From Octopus sinensis (Eukaryota): a DNA stretch of 64,000 nt. The stretch spans positions 1 to 64,000 of the forward strand of contig NW_021834615.1 of NCBI RefSeq assembly GCF_006345805.1. Direction: 5' to 3'. The translations under genes and the position numbers were made by a program. Positions 12,420 through 27,422 of the stretch are shown here, piece after piece; the first letter of the stretch is position 1; every line of letters begins with the position of its first letter. Under the pieces are notes generated by a model. That model was not told where the DNA came from, ran no database searches, and saw nothing but the letters and a program-made list of their open reading frames with translations.

Positions 12420-13900
12420 TATGAGTATATATGCAGTACTATGTCTAGAATTGTACCAAGAAGCATGTCGTCTACAAATAACAGTCGACCGATCAGGCAG
12501 AAATGAATTGGATACCTCTACCTCTACCACAATGGCTGAGCATATTCAAACAGATCACAAAAAAGAATGTGAGAAGGGGCACTAACAATGCGCAGCGCAC
12601 TTCAACTAAGTAAAACCTTCACGTTGAAAACTTTCGACTTTTAAATAAATACCAACATTTGAACATCCATATAAGTACTTTATGGCAACCAGTATTTGCC
12701 CATTAAACTCACCTTCCTGGTAAACCATCCACAACATGACCCAGGGCACGTGATCGTGTGCCTTTTCGTGGTTTACAGTGTATTCCTCTTGGAAATGCTT
12801 CAACGTTTGCTGGAAGATCTGTCTTTGAACGAACCTCTAGTCGGATGTACTGCGCCCGGACAGTAATCTTGGGCACGACAATTTCCCTACATATCTTTTC
12901 CTGACATCTAGTGTAGACTTTTCTATAATTAGAACACACTCATTGGTCTCTGTTTGAAGAAAAAATGGGATTGTCGCCTCTTATTACCATTGCCTTGGTG
13001 TGTTTTCCAGAGGTCCCATCCACCTACCATACATGGGTCACTTAGAGAATACCATCTGTATTTAATGTTTCTAAAATATCAAGCCGAACGTGCTTTTCAC
13101 CAGCAGCTTTATCACTTTTAAGTGAGTTTAGCTCAAATAAGCGTTCAACCGAAGAAGAACCTGCCGAAAAATATAATACATTCACGAATCCATTTCGATG
13201 TCCAACTTCATTCAGGCGAGTCACTCTCAATTTGGATGCAAATATCTCCACATTTTTGTTTCTGATCCCAGCATCCACTGCGTCTTCCAAATGTATTCTG
13301 TAGGTCGCACTGGACTTACCAATTTCCAGTGTTCGGCTGACTGTAGAATTTTCAGGTTTTCAGACATTTAATTAGTGACGAGTTGACAACTCCACCCCTT
13401 CCTTTTACCCGAACGTTCAGCAAAGAGTGAAAGATGACCGAAATCTATCAGAAACCTCTGTCACCAAGTATTTCTATACTAGGCACCCTTATAAATATCC
13501 CTGTCTTAAAATAATATCTATAACATGGAGTGGAAAGTGTGTATCCTGCACAGAAGGCTGCTATGACCTCTCCATTAAGTTCACTGACGACATTACTTCC
13601 AATCAATCCTTCTCACGGTTATCAGTGCCAAGGTGTGCACTGCAGTCTCCTTGCGGGACAAATGACTTTACCCCAAATATATCTAAAGATGAGGTGAATT
13701 TGCTTAGGAAGGATTTGTATTGGACCCAGCTGTTTGCTGCACATACTTTCAACAGCCACAGTGGTCCTTCATATTCAGCTTTAGCTTCAAGAGGTGAACC
13801 CTCACTTAGTAGGTTTCACTCCATAATACAATCGGAAAGCAGGGGATTGAGAGTGTCCTAATCCCACCAGTGCAGACATTGTTGGCACTAGAGTTGCTTA
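12420..13900 (-). mobile_element. Old RTE-clade LINE remnant (APE + RT) in intron 2
   Basis: Decayed CSNYR..VY.RC.EK..REIV.PK, EKAHDHVPW, LLFADD; paralogues at ~16260-17880, 27790-29480, 47300-48960 and 62770-63914. Confidence 0.75.
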
Positions 13901-14209
13901 GTGGAGTTCAAAGCCTATATCCATGTGTACGCTATCGGAGAAAGGAAATTTTGTAGAGGAGACACCGATTATATCTTACAGGCAGATTATATTTAACAAT
14001 TTTGACGTTTTAATTCTCAATTATTAAAGGTTCCCTTCTTGATCTGCCTTGGTGTCCTGAGACCGTCAATATTGTGCTCTCATCAAAAACGGTAAGTCAT
14101 GGATTTTGTGTTAACATATGTATGTCTGTATGCATGTATTTATTTAGGTATGTATGTGTGCTTGTGTGTAAGTATGTGTGAGTATGGATTGGTAGATTTG
14201 CGGATAGAA

Positions 14210-14239
<30 letters not shown>

Positions 14240-14240
<1 letters not shown>

Positions 14241-14292
14241 AAGATAGATAGATAGATAGATGGATAGCGATATGGATAGATAGATAGATTGG

Positions 14293-14381
<89 letters not shown>

Positions 14382-14382
14382 T
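14240..14382. repeat. (GATA)n microsatellite
   Basis: Directly visible. Confidence 0.95.
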
Positions 14383-14408
14383 GATTGATATAGAAATACC
14401 TGTCAATC

Positions 14409-14982
14409 TATTCGGTTGTCCAGAAATTTATTGCTGATATATGGTAGCTTTAATTTCGACTTATTTTAGAACATGGTTGAGTTCATAAAATAGAATTTAA
14501 CTCCACCTCCATTTAGAGCGCAGTTTAAGCTATCTTTTCGTGTAAGAAGTTTTATGTTCCTATAACCGGTGTTAATTTTGTAACACTTTAAAATGCAGGA
14601 TAAGAAAGTTCATTTTCGGCACTTGATGCTTTGGGAGCAAGACAAAAATTGCTGCAGCTCGGCTGGTATGTGTTACTCTCCATCCCTCCATATTCACCAG
14701 ATATTGCACCTTCGGATTTTCCACTTATTCAGGCCTCTGCAGAATAGTCTTAATGGTAAAAATTTTAATTCCTTGAATGACGTAAAAAGATACCTCGATG
14801 AATTCTTTGCCATGAAACCACCTCAACTCTGAAAGAGGGTATTTTCAAGTTAAAGGAAAGATGGAGAAGCATAGTTTTACAAAATGGTTCATATTTGGTT
14901 GTTTAAAAATATAATGGCAAGTATTTATTGGCCCTTTATTTTCCTTTAAAAATCGGCACGAGCTTTCCAGGCAACCCAATAT
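14409..14982 (+). mobile_element. Internally deleted mariner element
   Basis: TA-flanked TIRs TATTCGGTTGTCCAGAAA / TATTGGGTTGCCTGGAAA; MQDKKVHFRHLML fused to (HPPY)SPDIAPSDFHLFRPLQNSL. Confidence 0.85.
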
Positions 14983-15912
14983 AAATACATATATATATAT
15001 ATGTATATATGTATACATATATATATACATATATATATATGTAAACACATACACACAAACATATGTTATATATATGTAAAAACATATATATATATATATA
15101 TATATAATATCAACACACACACATATATATATATATATAAATTTTTATACACTTACATATATACATCTACATATACACACTATATTTAAGGAGTGAATAA
15201 CCAGTTTATATAGCACCCGTGTACAAAATATCTAATTCTCATCCCTTTCGTATGCAGTCAATTTATAACCTACTATATATGTTCCCAAACATTTTTATTA
15301 CAAACTTTTGTGATATTCCATTGAACCTCAAATGATATATTGACATTCGAGCTTCAATCCGGAATATTATTCACCAGTGCTAGAAATGCCCGACACTTTA
15401 GTGATCATGATGGATAACTATACTAAACAATATCAAGGCAATTGAGCTTTTGCATCAATTCAAACTACTTTTAAATATTGCATCATATTGCCTTGACAGT
15501 TTCTCCTAAGGAGAAAAGTCCTACAGTGGATTAGGACGCCGTACATGAAAGGTTGGCGTCGGGCATTCTTGTACGTCAGCAGAATGCGCAAGTCTACGTT
15601 GCTAGTAATCTTCAAACTACCAGCGAATTTAGATAGCAAAATTAGTCTACTCTTGACAATGAACAGGGATATTAGCTGTTTATATAATGTGTATGCTTTG
15701 CCATATACAAGCATGAAATACTGAAATACCAGATTTACAGAAAGGCATGCAGTTCCAGCAAACCTCCAAGATGTAACACGATATAATAGATTTGGTGGAA
15801 TGGACAATGTCGACATCACCCACATCTTCATAAAATGCTGTCCGAAAATGTTGTCATATATTGCATTTTTTTCAGTTCTAAACGATAATAAATACTCTCT
15901 ATTTTTCCACAG

Positions 15913-15964
15913 AACCGTGTCATCTCCAAGAAATCTTGCGACGATAAATCTGATGACCCCCCAA
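15913..15964 (+). CDS. Gene copy 1, duplicated exon 2b
   Basis: ttttccacAG|52 nt|GTAAG; NRVISKKSCDDKSDDPP; diverged paralogue of exon 2a. Confidence 0.6.
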
Positions 15965-18673
15965 GTAAGAACTAATTTTATATTGTATAAGACAATAACT
16001 TTGAAGAAATGTTCAGGAATGAGATTAAATATTATAAAGTATCCAGCTTCCAGTTCTACAGTGTTTAGCTAAAGTCATTCACCCGTGTCTCTTTAACGAT
16101 TTATAATTTCACCAAAGTTGAATTGTCTCTACATTATTATCCATATTTCTTCAGTAATATATACTAAGACACTAGTCTAAATTTCTTTAAAATACATTTT
16201 TCTTTACAATAATTTCTTTAATAAAATTTTACTCTGTTATACTATGACATTAATTGTGTGTATATGAGTGTGTATGTGTGTGTGTGCAGCGCTATGTCGA
16301 TAAGTGTACCAACTATTATTCGTCTGAGAATCGAATGCCCGACGTAGCGTTTATATCTAGAATTTAGCAATTTGCTCAGTCTTGTGCTTCCAATCACTCG
16401 TGAATAGATTACCGAAGTAACGATGTTCCACTTTCCTGCAGAGTGTGTGTTCATCACTGCCTTGGAGCACTCGGCAGCCAACTTATTCAATACATGTCGT
16501 AAGTGATCATGACTTGAGTCAGATAGCTGCATGTCGTCTGCAAATAGCAGTCGACCAACCCCATACAGACGAAATGAGATACTTCTTCTAAAATGGCTGA
16601 GCCTTGCTCAACCAGATCATAAGAAATGCGAGAAGAAGCCCTAACAATGCGTTCTTCTATTGAAGTCCAAACTCCATGTTGAAAACATTCGGCTTTTGCA
16701 CAAATACAAACATTTGGACATCCGTACGAGTATTTTACGGTAAAAAGTATTTGCCCAATAATCTCACCTTCCTGGTAAACCATCCGCAACATGCCCCACG
16801 GCACGTGGTCTACAGCGTATTCCCCTTGGAATTATTTCAACGTTTTCTCGAAGATCTGCCTTTGAACGAATATCTGGTCGGGTGTACTGTATCCAGGACA
16901 GTAATCTTGGGCGCGACCATTTCCCACGTATCTTTTCTAGACATGTAGTGTAGACTTTGTCTTAAAAAATCTGTGATTATTACCCCGGATTGACATTGCC
17001 CTCGTGTTTTCCCTGATGCCCCATTCCACCTAGCATACATGGGTCACTCAAGGAATACCCTGAGTATTTAAGGGTTTTAAATTATCAAGACGAACGTATT
17101 TCTCTCCAGCAGCTTTATCACTTTTCAGTGACATTAGTTCGAAAAAAATGATACAATCACTAATCGATTTCGATGCCCAAGTTTATTCATGTGGGTCTCT
17201 CTCAATTTGGATGCAATATTATCCACAATTTTGTTTCTTATTCCATCATCCACTACTGCTTTCAACTTTATTCTGAAGGTCGCACTGGACTTACCAAGTT
17301 ACTAGGTTCTCCCAACTGTAGGCAACTTCCGGTTTCAGAGATCTTGGTAGTGGTCAGTTGACAACTCTCTCCACTCCTTTTACCCGAACGTCCATCACAG
17401 ACTCAAGGATGACTTAGACGACAACAACATCTATCAAGAATTTCTGTCACTAAGCATTTCTATTCCAAGTACCTTTATAAACAACCATGTCTTAAAACGA
17501 TATCTATATCATTGAGAGTCCAGAAGACTAGTATGGCCACCACATTAAGGTGTGTGACGCCATTCCACCCAATCAATACTCTTGTGGTTATCAGCGCCAA
17601 AATGTTCACGGAAGTCTCCTTGTAAGACAAATGACTTTACCCCAAATATATCTAAAGCTGCAGTGAATTTGTTAAGGAAGCATTTGTATTTGAACTCGCT
17701 ATTGGGTGCATTTACTTCCAGCAGCTACACCACTCCTTCATTCTGCTTGAGCTTCAGGAGGTATCCCTTAATACCTAGTGGGATTCACTTCATAATCCAA
17801 TCCGAAAGCCAGGGATTGTGAGTATCCCACTTCCGCCTGTGCGGACATAGTTGGCACCACACCTGCACGGTGGAGTTTCCAACCTACTTCCAAGTGTGCG
17901 CCTCCGAAGCAATGAAGCTTTCTTGAGGAGACTGATTATATATAACAGGCAGCGTTTTATCTCGTCCGGTTTTGACAGTCTAATTCTCAATTATGAACGG
18001 ATGATCCCTTCTAGACCGGCTTCGGGGACATGGAACACACATATTTTGTTTTCCCTTCCCATGCATCCCACATTGAGTTGGGTGGAGACTGCAAAATATT
18101 TCCCAAATGGACTCCTTCATCCAAGATCCGGACGCAAATGCTGTTATCCCTCTCGATGAATGACGCGTTATGGCTATTCCTTCGAGCCCATTGCATATTG
18201 AGGCTATGATGGCCTGATTCGCGCCAAGCACCAACCTGATATTTGTAATTGACCAATCAGGTTGCAAGAATTGATAATATGGCCTACATATCTATAAAAC
18301 AAGAACTTTATCATTATTATGGTCACAAATATATATATATACTCACATCCAAGTTCAACTACAAAGCAAACATCCGTTCATAAGGGAGCCAAATACACAT
18401 TCTGATATTCTGAGATTAATCTCTCAAATCGTTGACATCAACGTCAACAACAGGCTCAATCAGAGACAAATGACTTATTTTCTTCGTTTAAAATTTATTC
18501 TTAGCGAATCATTTACTTCTTTCATTCTGATTTTCATTCATTTACTCATTCTTTCACTCTTAAATTCTAAATTTCTCTCCTCTCTATCAATTCCTTCCAA
18601 GCCAACAACTTCCTTTGTATAGGATTCAAGAATTCTTTCGTTTAAACTACATTATTTCATTTTAATTTCACAG

Positions 18674-18748
18674 AACCCGGTCTCGGATCATTGTATACCC
18701 GGTGGGGCAGAACTACTTGTCATACTAATTCAAGCCTTGTATATGACG
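18674..18748 (+). CDS. Gene copy 1, exon 3
   Basis: tttcacAG|75 nt|GTTAGT; phase 1 to 1; KPGLGSLYTRWGRTTCHTNSSLVYD(G), the Y-x-RWGR-x-x-C motif that opens this domain family. Confidence 0.85.
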
Positions 18749-20138
18749 GTTAGTATAAACTACACTTCTGTTCTCTCTCTCTCTTATCTTTCTTTTCTTC
18801 TTTTCTTCTCTTTTATATTCCTTCATTTTCTCTTTCTGTCGTTCCTCTCTCTCACGCACACACACTCAAGCAAATCATTTGATATATCACGTTTGCAACG
18901 ATACATATAGACCCTATAGTGACTGCATGAATCTGCTCACTACTTTGTAGGTAATTGTTCAAATCAGAATTTTAAATGTTGTCTACTACGGACCAAGTGA
19001 AAAGGTTGTTGTCTAACCACAGAATATAGATATCTCTACGCTAAATTACAGACAGGGGCTGGACTGAAAACCACCATGGCGATCAAGAATTTCAGGCTGA
19101 CCAGCTTTGGATTGTAGATATCAAATACCGAGGCTGCTAACTGGTGATCAAGTGTACAGGCTACGGATGGTGGTATTGTACGTGAGTGACCAGAGCTGAA
19201 AAGTGGCCACTTGACTATCTATAACTAGAGTGCCCAATGATCGTAGGTGTGGACTAAATTGAAAAGAGTCTCTTAGAATTGATGACAGTGACTGTAAATG
19301 GTTAATGGAATGAAAGCAGAATGTAGAATGAGGGCTGGACAAGCCACATACAGTCACTAATGGAAAAAGCTAAGGACTTTATTCATTAAGCAAAATAGAG
19401 AGAGACTAAATTTTAGTGAGAGAACACAACAGAGTACAGAATGCACTTCTATTCTTCTCTGCCTCACCGAAATCGTCCTATCGCTAAAACCTTGCTCTTT
19501 TCATGCACCACATCACCTCATTAATTATCCAGTATATCTTTGTAAGGTAATTCCGAAACTTCCAATTCAAAAGTGCTGCTACAAACTGCGTCCCCAATCA
19601 ACCTCACAATCCCTAAAAGTGCTCCGAATCTTCTCTCTATAAACACTACACGTATCGTTTATCGGTCGCCCACGTCACCGTCCATTCATCTTAAGCACAA
19701 CGCCATCCCTGAACCTCACAATTTTTCCTCCCACCTCGTTTCTGTGTATTGCATGAAAAAAAGTCTGTGATCATAACGTCTTTGTAAGCCTTATTCGTCC
19801 GAGTCTAAACGAGAGGTTTACCCACTGACTCTCGTATGATCGACTAAACAATATTTCATCGACGGTTACCCACCACGTCTCTGCATCTCGTCGTCTCCCG
19901 TATTGTCCTACTCAAACCTCCTACAATATCCACAGCCCAAAATATCCCCGTTCACACGCTAATATCGTTTCAATTTTCGATAAACACGAGTGCATGCGTT
20001 ATAAAATATCTTTCTTTTTCTCCATCTATTGACATCCACCGAAAAACACCTACCCCATGCAAACGTACAAAATAATCCGAGACGTATCCACAAATACTTG
20101 CCCGTATACACACAACATATATATTTAAATATATATAT

Positions 20139-20264
<126 letters not shown>

Positions 20265-20269
20265 AATAT

Positions 20270-20300
<31 letters not shown>

Positions 20301-20535
20301 CTATATATATATATGTATACATATGATGAGATGGTTAATGTACAGCTACGATCTGAAGCATTTAGCCACACACAGCTTACACTAAGATAAACACTAATAT
20401 ATATACACCACAATTCGTTCACACGTGACTAAACACGACTCATTTTAAGGGTCAAATTGTAATGAATGTTTCCGTTATTTCATATATAACTTTGCTTAAT
20501 ATCTTTTTTATATGATTTATTCTTACCAATTCTAG

Positions 20536-21035
20536 GTGTGGTTGGTGGGCAATTCTTTGCCCACTTTGGTGGCGGAAGTAATCTCTTGTGTCTACCCAAC
20601 GATCCCATTTGGGCCAATTATACTGCAGTAGGTGAAGTTGGTGGTTGGATTTATGGCAGTGAATATCAGTTAGATTTATACCCAACTAATAAACTCTTTT
20701 CTTTTGCTAACGCCGAATCAATTCATGATCACAACGTTCCGTGTGCTATCTGTTTGACACGAAAACCTGCTGTTGTTATGATGTTACCAGCCAGGAATGA
20801 GTGTTACACTGGTTGGACAGCTGAGTATTCGGGATATTTGATGAGCGAGCGTCATAGTCATCAGGGCAGACATGAATATGTGTGTGTGGACTATGCACCA
20901 GAAGCTGATCCAGCAGGTTACAGAGACGAAAATGGAGCTCTACTGTATTTCGTTCAGGCTGCTTGTGGTTCATTGCCATGTCCACCGTATGTCAATGGTC
21001 GAGAATTAACCTGCGTTGTGTGCAGTAAATACTGA
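20536..21035 (+). CDS. Gene copy 1, exon 4: short-chain collagen C4/spongin-related C-terminal domain
   Basis: ttctAG acceptor; 500 nt to TGA; GGGSNLLCLP, GSEY, HDHNVPCAIC, GW..EYSGYLM, YVCVD, CGSLPCPPY, LTCVVCSK motifs; AATAAA at 21095-21100. Confidence 0.9.
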
Positions 21036-22699
21036 ATCGAACTTACATTCGTGTTTATATGAAAATTTATGTCGGCGAATCATAAAATATATATAATAAA
21101 GCAACATATACGTTTCTTGTAATTGTGTTTCGCAGTATTTTATCCAAGTAATATATGTCGTTAAAAAACTGCGGCTACAAGTTTTCAGAAAATATTCAAA
21201 ACGAAACAACAGAGACGTCATAGAATGTGACAAATAGCTTAACAGAACGATGTAATCCTCAGGGAATGATTCTAGAATACATTGCATGAGGTTCAGTTTA
21301 TCAAATTTAAAAGTTGAAATAAAATTATGATTCGTTTAAATGTAGTCCGTCTTAAAATGAAAACAATCCCCAAATGAAACACCTCCGTACAAATATATCA
21401 CCCTTTCATGATCAATCTTCAGAAAACACGATAAAAGCTTATGACTAACATCACTAAATCATGATGGTTTAATAAAAAAAATACTCCCATACGTATCATT
21501 GTAACTACAATCGATGCGATGAAAGCTCTGCAATCCAATCGCGGATATTACCAAATAAAGGATATTTGATATCCACTGAAGAAATACCACAAAATGTTGA
21601 CTACCTAACTACTTGTCAGGTTATTAATACATTGAAGTTTTCACGAAACACTTTCGTCAAGGGTACAAGTACACGTCCCACGATTAACTATTTTCAACCT
21701 ACATTCACATATTCCCGCTTTTCTACAAAAGTCACACACACACACAGCCTTGCGTCACATTACACACGCAGCCTCTCATCGTTCCCTGAAAACTGATGTG
21801 CCAAAATAAATATGAATCCACCAAGAAATATGAGTACACTTCAGGAACAGCATCAACCGAATCTACAGCAACACCACAAAACATCGAGTTCAACAATTAT
21901 CTCCGTCTGTAACATAAAACTATCAAAAACTCGCAAAGAGGAACTTGCTTCGAGATACATGCATACAATAACTGTAACACACATAAACGACTTAGTAAGG
22001 AAAGGACCACGACTTATAAAATATACATTAGGTGGAATCAGTGCAACATGTTGAGTCTTTCACAGTCTACTCAGCATGATTGCTACTTGTATGTGGGAGT
22101 TTGTAGAATGGCTGCCAGATAAACGAAGGTATCCGAGGAAAGAGGGATTGTGGGTGGCAGCACGTTTTTTGTCCGATTAATTGCGTGCCATAAGAATGCT
22201 CGATTGTGAAAAAGCTAGAGAAAAAGAATAATAATTAAGTAATATGAAAGCACGAAATGCAAATTGACAAATGAATATATGGAAACATTCAACATGGCGT
22301 TTCCAGTGAACAGTATTAGCGCTCAGTATTAGGCATAAGCAATTTTGGGTTCGTTAAAATGTGCTAGTGGCATATTTCAAACTCTAAACGCAAATTCTGT
22401 GCAAAAAGCTGCAAAAAAGCATATCAGTCCAGTGCTGCTCCCTATCGGGTGCCAGTTCAGTCGTTATCAAAAGAAAATACCGAAGAGGGGAATTTCTGGA
22501 CAAACTTAAATCCATAGCTTTAACTAAAACATAGTCAACAACAACGAGTAAGTGACGCCATTAGAGCGCCAGGCTGGAGTCTGTCGTGAGTTACCTCCCT
22601 TCGGTATTTCTCTTTCATAAATTCTTCGCTAGAGGAGTTGACTTCAACCTTGTGCCCCAACAGTAACTGCGGTCGCTCGTACGGGCCCGCATCTTTCTT

Positions 22700-23170
22700 C
22701 TGTGTGTGTGTGTGTGTGAGTGTTTGTGTGTGTGTCAGTGTGTCATGTGTCATGTGTGTGTGTGTGTGTGTGTCATTTTGTGTGTATCACTGTGTGTGTG
22801 CCAGTGTGTGTCAGTGTGTGTGTCACTGTGTGCTTTTGTGTGTGTTTTTGTCAGTGTGGTGTGTGTGTGTGCGTCAGTGTGTGTGTGTGTTGTGTGGTGT
22901 GTGTCAGTATGTGTGTGTGTGTCATGTGTGTTTCACTGTGTGCGTTTGTTTGTGTTTATGTCAGTGTGTGTGTGTGTCAGTGTGTGTGTCAGTGTATGTC
23001 AGTATGTGTTGTGTGTCAGTGGTGTGTGTGTAAGTCAGTGTGTGTATTTGTGTGTGTGTATGTATGTCAGTGTGTGCGTGTGTATGTGTGTCGTGTGTGT
23101 GTGTCATTGTGTGTCAGTGTGTGTGTGTGTGAGTGGGTGTGTTGTGTGTGTGTGTGTGTGTTGTGTCTTG
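22700..23170. repeat. Degenerate (GT)n/(CAGTGT) array upstream of each gene unit
   Basis: Orthologous arrays at 31-150, ~37945-38460 and 56100-57115 with very different lengths. Confidence 0.9.
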
Positions 23171-23596
23171 TGTCTGTCTATTTGTTGGTTGAACGAAATA
23201 CTTCCCACACTGAATATTAAAACAGTTTCCCAATAATAACAAATAAAATTAAATAACAACATTAGTAAATAAATATATCATAATATATCCAGAAACAGGA
23301 ATCATTTCACTTTACACGTGTCTCTCATTCATCAAAATATTTTGCTAATTATTGTGTGACAATATCAAACCATCTCTTTCCAATAATTAAACCTGTCAGA
23401 TAAGTTCACGCCCACTTTTACAGTTCCACCAATCGCATTGGTTCATAAATTTACGATAAGATCTATGCCAGAGCTGTGTTGTGTGCGCTCAATAAATACG
23501 TGGAATTCAGTTACAGGTCTTCAGCTTAAACCTCGCATCTCGATCTTTTGTTGAAGCCACACGAAGTATCACGTACGACCGACAACTGTCACCAGA

Positions 23597-23739
23597 ATGG
23601 ATTTCGCACAATTGTCCAGGAATATTTCGCAGCGTTATTCCATTTCTTCTCTCATAGCTTTTGGGTTCTTCTCGTTCTGACGATCGTGATTCTTCATCAA
23701 GATTCAAGAATAGGAAAAATGGAAGAGAAATCGCAAACG
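23597..23739 (+). pseudogene. Gene copy 2, exon 1 (1-nt deletion)
   Basis: 143 nt instead of 144; TTTTGGG vs TTTTGGGG gives an early TGA. Confidence 0.7.
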
Positions 23740-24190
23740 GTAAGTCATGGATTTTTTGTTAATATATGTATGTCTTTATGTATTTATATATGCATGTATG
23801 TATGTATGTATGATTTACGTATGTATGTATTAATATGTGGATGTATGTACGTACCGATGGATGGATGGATGTAAGGATGTATGCATGAATCACTTACATA
23901 TGTTCCTATGGAGCACACACACACATACGAACACACACGTAATCACACACGAACACACAGGCGCACACATCTAAACATACATATATATACATATACGTAT
24001 ATTGTATACATAATATACATATATGTATATATAAATATACATATATATGAATATATTAGTCCGTGAACATATATATATGTATACACAAATAATATATGCG
24101 TGTGTGTATCTATCATTGTATCTCCCTGTCTATCTCTCTCTCCTGTCTCTATTTATCTATATATATGTATGTGTGTGTGTGTGTATCTGT

Positions 24191-24228
<38 letters not shown>

Positions 24229-24537
24229 TGTGTGTGTGTTGTGTGTGTGTGAGTGTTTGTTGTATATAAATTTTCTATATTCTTCTACCCGTTTCAGTCA
24301 TTGACTGCGGCCATGCTAGAGCACTGCGTTTAGTAGGACAAATCGACTTCATGAATTATTCTTTGTAAGCCTATTGCTCATTCTATCGTTATCTCTAGCC
24401 GAACCGCTATGTAACGGGGACGTAAACACACCGACATCAGTTGAGAATCGATAGTGGTGCGACAATAACAGACACATATATAAAACATAGATACATACAC
24501 ACTATGTGTGATATACACACACACACACACACGTACA

Positions 24538-24580
<43 letters not shown>

Positions 24581-24653
24581 CATATATACATACGCACATA
24601 TATAGTTACGTATGTATGTACATACATGTCTATCTATCAATCTATTATCTACA

Positions 24654-24694
<41 letters not shown>

Positions 24695-24713
24695 CTCTAT
24701 CTATCTATCTATC

Positions 24714-24761
<48 letters not shown>

Positions 24762-25520
24762 GGATATATATATCTATATCTATATATACATACATATACA
24801 CACATCCCCAAGGACACACAAAAGAGTGGAATTGTACTCCTGTCCGATCGCTCTTTCACCAGACATAATCCTGGAGGGGGAAATAAGTGCGTAATGAAAA
24901 AAAAATTATGGTGGGGTTCTAGCATGGCCATGCCCTCTCGCTGCAACGTTTAGCCCTATTAATATTAGTGTTAAGTATTATATCTAGATGTACACGCGCA
25001 CACGCACAGAAACAGACACATACAAACACACACACACGCACACATAGGAATACGTACATATTTACACACATTTATCTATTTCTCTCCATCAGGAACGGAA
25101 GTGAGGCGAGTTTTTTTGAATCTTTTCTTTCCAACTGAAAATAAAACGTGCGAGTGCCAATGTAGACCGGTGAATTTCGTAATGTTTGACTGTAATTCAC
25201 GTTGGTTTTATATATATGACATATGTAAGAACGAATGTAAATACATACACACAGACACACGGACAAACACACGCACAAATAAACACAGACACACACACAC
25301 GACGCACGCACACAGATACACGTGCTCAATTGTACACGAAGAACCACACTATACAGTGTATGTCCACTCACATATATGTGTGCGTTTGTGTGTGTGTATG
25401 CGTATAAGTAGATACGTATATTTGTGATATTTATGGTGTGTATGCCTAAGTATACGTGCATACGTATATATCGATATGTATTTATATATGTGTGATGTGT
25501 GTGTGTGTGTGTCTGTGGGT

Positions 25521-25785
25521 GGAGGCGCAGTGGCCCAGTGGGTCGGGCAGCGGACTCATGGTTGTCGGATCGCGGTTCGATTCCAGACTGGGCGTAGTGA
25601 GTGTTAATGCTCCACGCAGAGGCTCAGGGAGTGGTTGTGTTGATCTCTGCTGTACTCTTTCGCTACACTTTCTCCCCTCCTTTTCTTCTGTTGGCCTGCT
25701 CGCCTAGCCAGCGGGGTGGCGTCATTTGAAGGCTAAAACAACGCGAAGCGCATTGTGACTAGCGATATGTAGCAACAACTGCTCT
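25521..25785 (+). mobile_element. tRNA-headed SINE
   Basis: A-box TGGCCCAGTGG, B-box GGTTCGATTCC; orthologous copies at ~42032-42275 and 60043-60275. Confidence 0.75.
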
Positions 25786-27038
25786 GTGACGGTGATCACG
25801 GAGATATATGCATCATAAGCACACAATACACACCACATACATACACACACAACACACACACCAGCCAGCACAGATGTCCACATATACCTTTAACGAACAA
25901 TACTCATACAGATACGCACACACTTATACACACATGGGCACAGACACACACGCACATACACGTACTTAAGCGCACACACGCACGCACATTACTCCCCACA
26001 ACTCCAGAAAAACCCAAACACACACGCATGCACAAATTCACATACACACCGATACATATACATACACACAATATATGCCTACGCACACACATACACATCC
26101 GTATACACATATAGACAGAGACCCACACACACACACGCACGCAAAAACATGCGCACACATACGCACGTACACACGCACATTAATGCACACCCAGAAAACT
26201 CACAACCCCACGGATACACGCATATACACCCATATACGCTTACACACACACATACAAACGTACACGTACATGCACACACGCACATACGAGACGCACGCAC
26301 ATACATACACACCACACAAATGAACCCACACATACGTCCCATACACACGGTACACAATAATACATACACGCGCACATTATAAATACATGTTTACACACAG
26401 ACGCACAGTTATTCGCCAAACACCCTAACTCTACGCTACACCACGAACACACACACATGCACACCACACTTACAAACAATACACACACACGATACATATA
26501 CATACACCGCACACACACACATACTTCAAACTAGCAGTACCTACTACTTGACCTAGGGTAGAGACAAAATGAGCCACGCCCAATTCCTCTTCCTTGACTT
26601 AACACTACTAACCCTACAACACGCAAAGATTAACAGCACACAACCACACACACATACACACACCATCCACACACACGTGTCATTATTGCACACATACACA
26701 CAGACACACACACGCACACACAGACCTCCGCACACGCTCTTATCCACACTTACACACACATACTTCTTCTCCACCAATCTCCTATCTTTGAAAGAACTTT
26801 TCTTCACCCATTTCTTCCGGTCATTCAAAATGTGTGCGCGTGTGTACCGTTGGCGATTTTTTTCCTCTGTCTTCCCTCCTCTGATCTTTCATCTTTCCGA
26901 CGAAGAGCTCCACCTGAAAGTTAAACCCTCCTTCTTTCTTTCTTTCCTGGGCGTCCAATATTACTATGTTTGTTTCACGTCACGCGTTGATGTGTTTCTT
27001 TGTGCTTTTTTTTTCGATTAAATTTAACTATATAAACT

Positions 27039-27422
27039 GGGGTTTCTGTGATTTTAGAATGCACCGAAAGCTGTCAGTGGATATACTCTCCTTTGCAGCA
27101 GTGTGCGCTGTGTCTAACAACGACCCATCATCGGAAATTTTGACACCTCACGTCGGGTTTGTTGTCCTACATCACTCATAGAGTAAATTTGGAGGAACTG
27201 TGGTTGTTCATTCGCGGGTACCAGAGAAACATTGGGGGGATATACTTGCCCTTGAACTTTGACGTCGGGGTAAATTCATGTTTATCTATCTTCTTAGATT
27301 CACCAACGATGTCATTTGAAATGCAGAGTTGTATTGTCTGATATTGTTCAGAAAATCCTTTGACTTGATGGAAGCGCCTTCTAGAAGATTTCTAAGGGTT
27401 GAGATGGTAGTGTTGTCAATGA
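27039..27422 (-). mobile_element. Helitron derivative, truncated
   Basis: Paralogue of 11511-12044. Confidence 0.7.

Noticed and set aside
15460-15831. 123-aa minus-strand ORF
   Set aside because: No recognisable motif, splice context or paralogue
24863-25100. Candidate 24-nt (ACATAATCC..) and 8-nt (GAACGGAA) micro-exons in intron 1
   Set aside because: Phase-incompatible with exon 1 (immediate TAA or frameshift) and absent from copy 1
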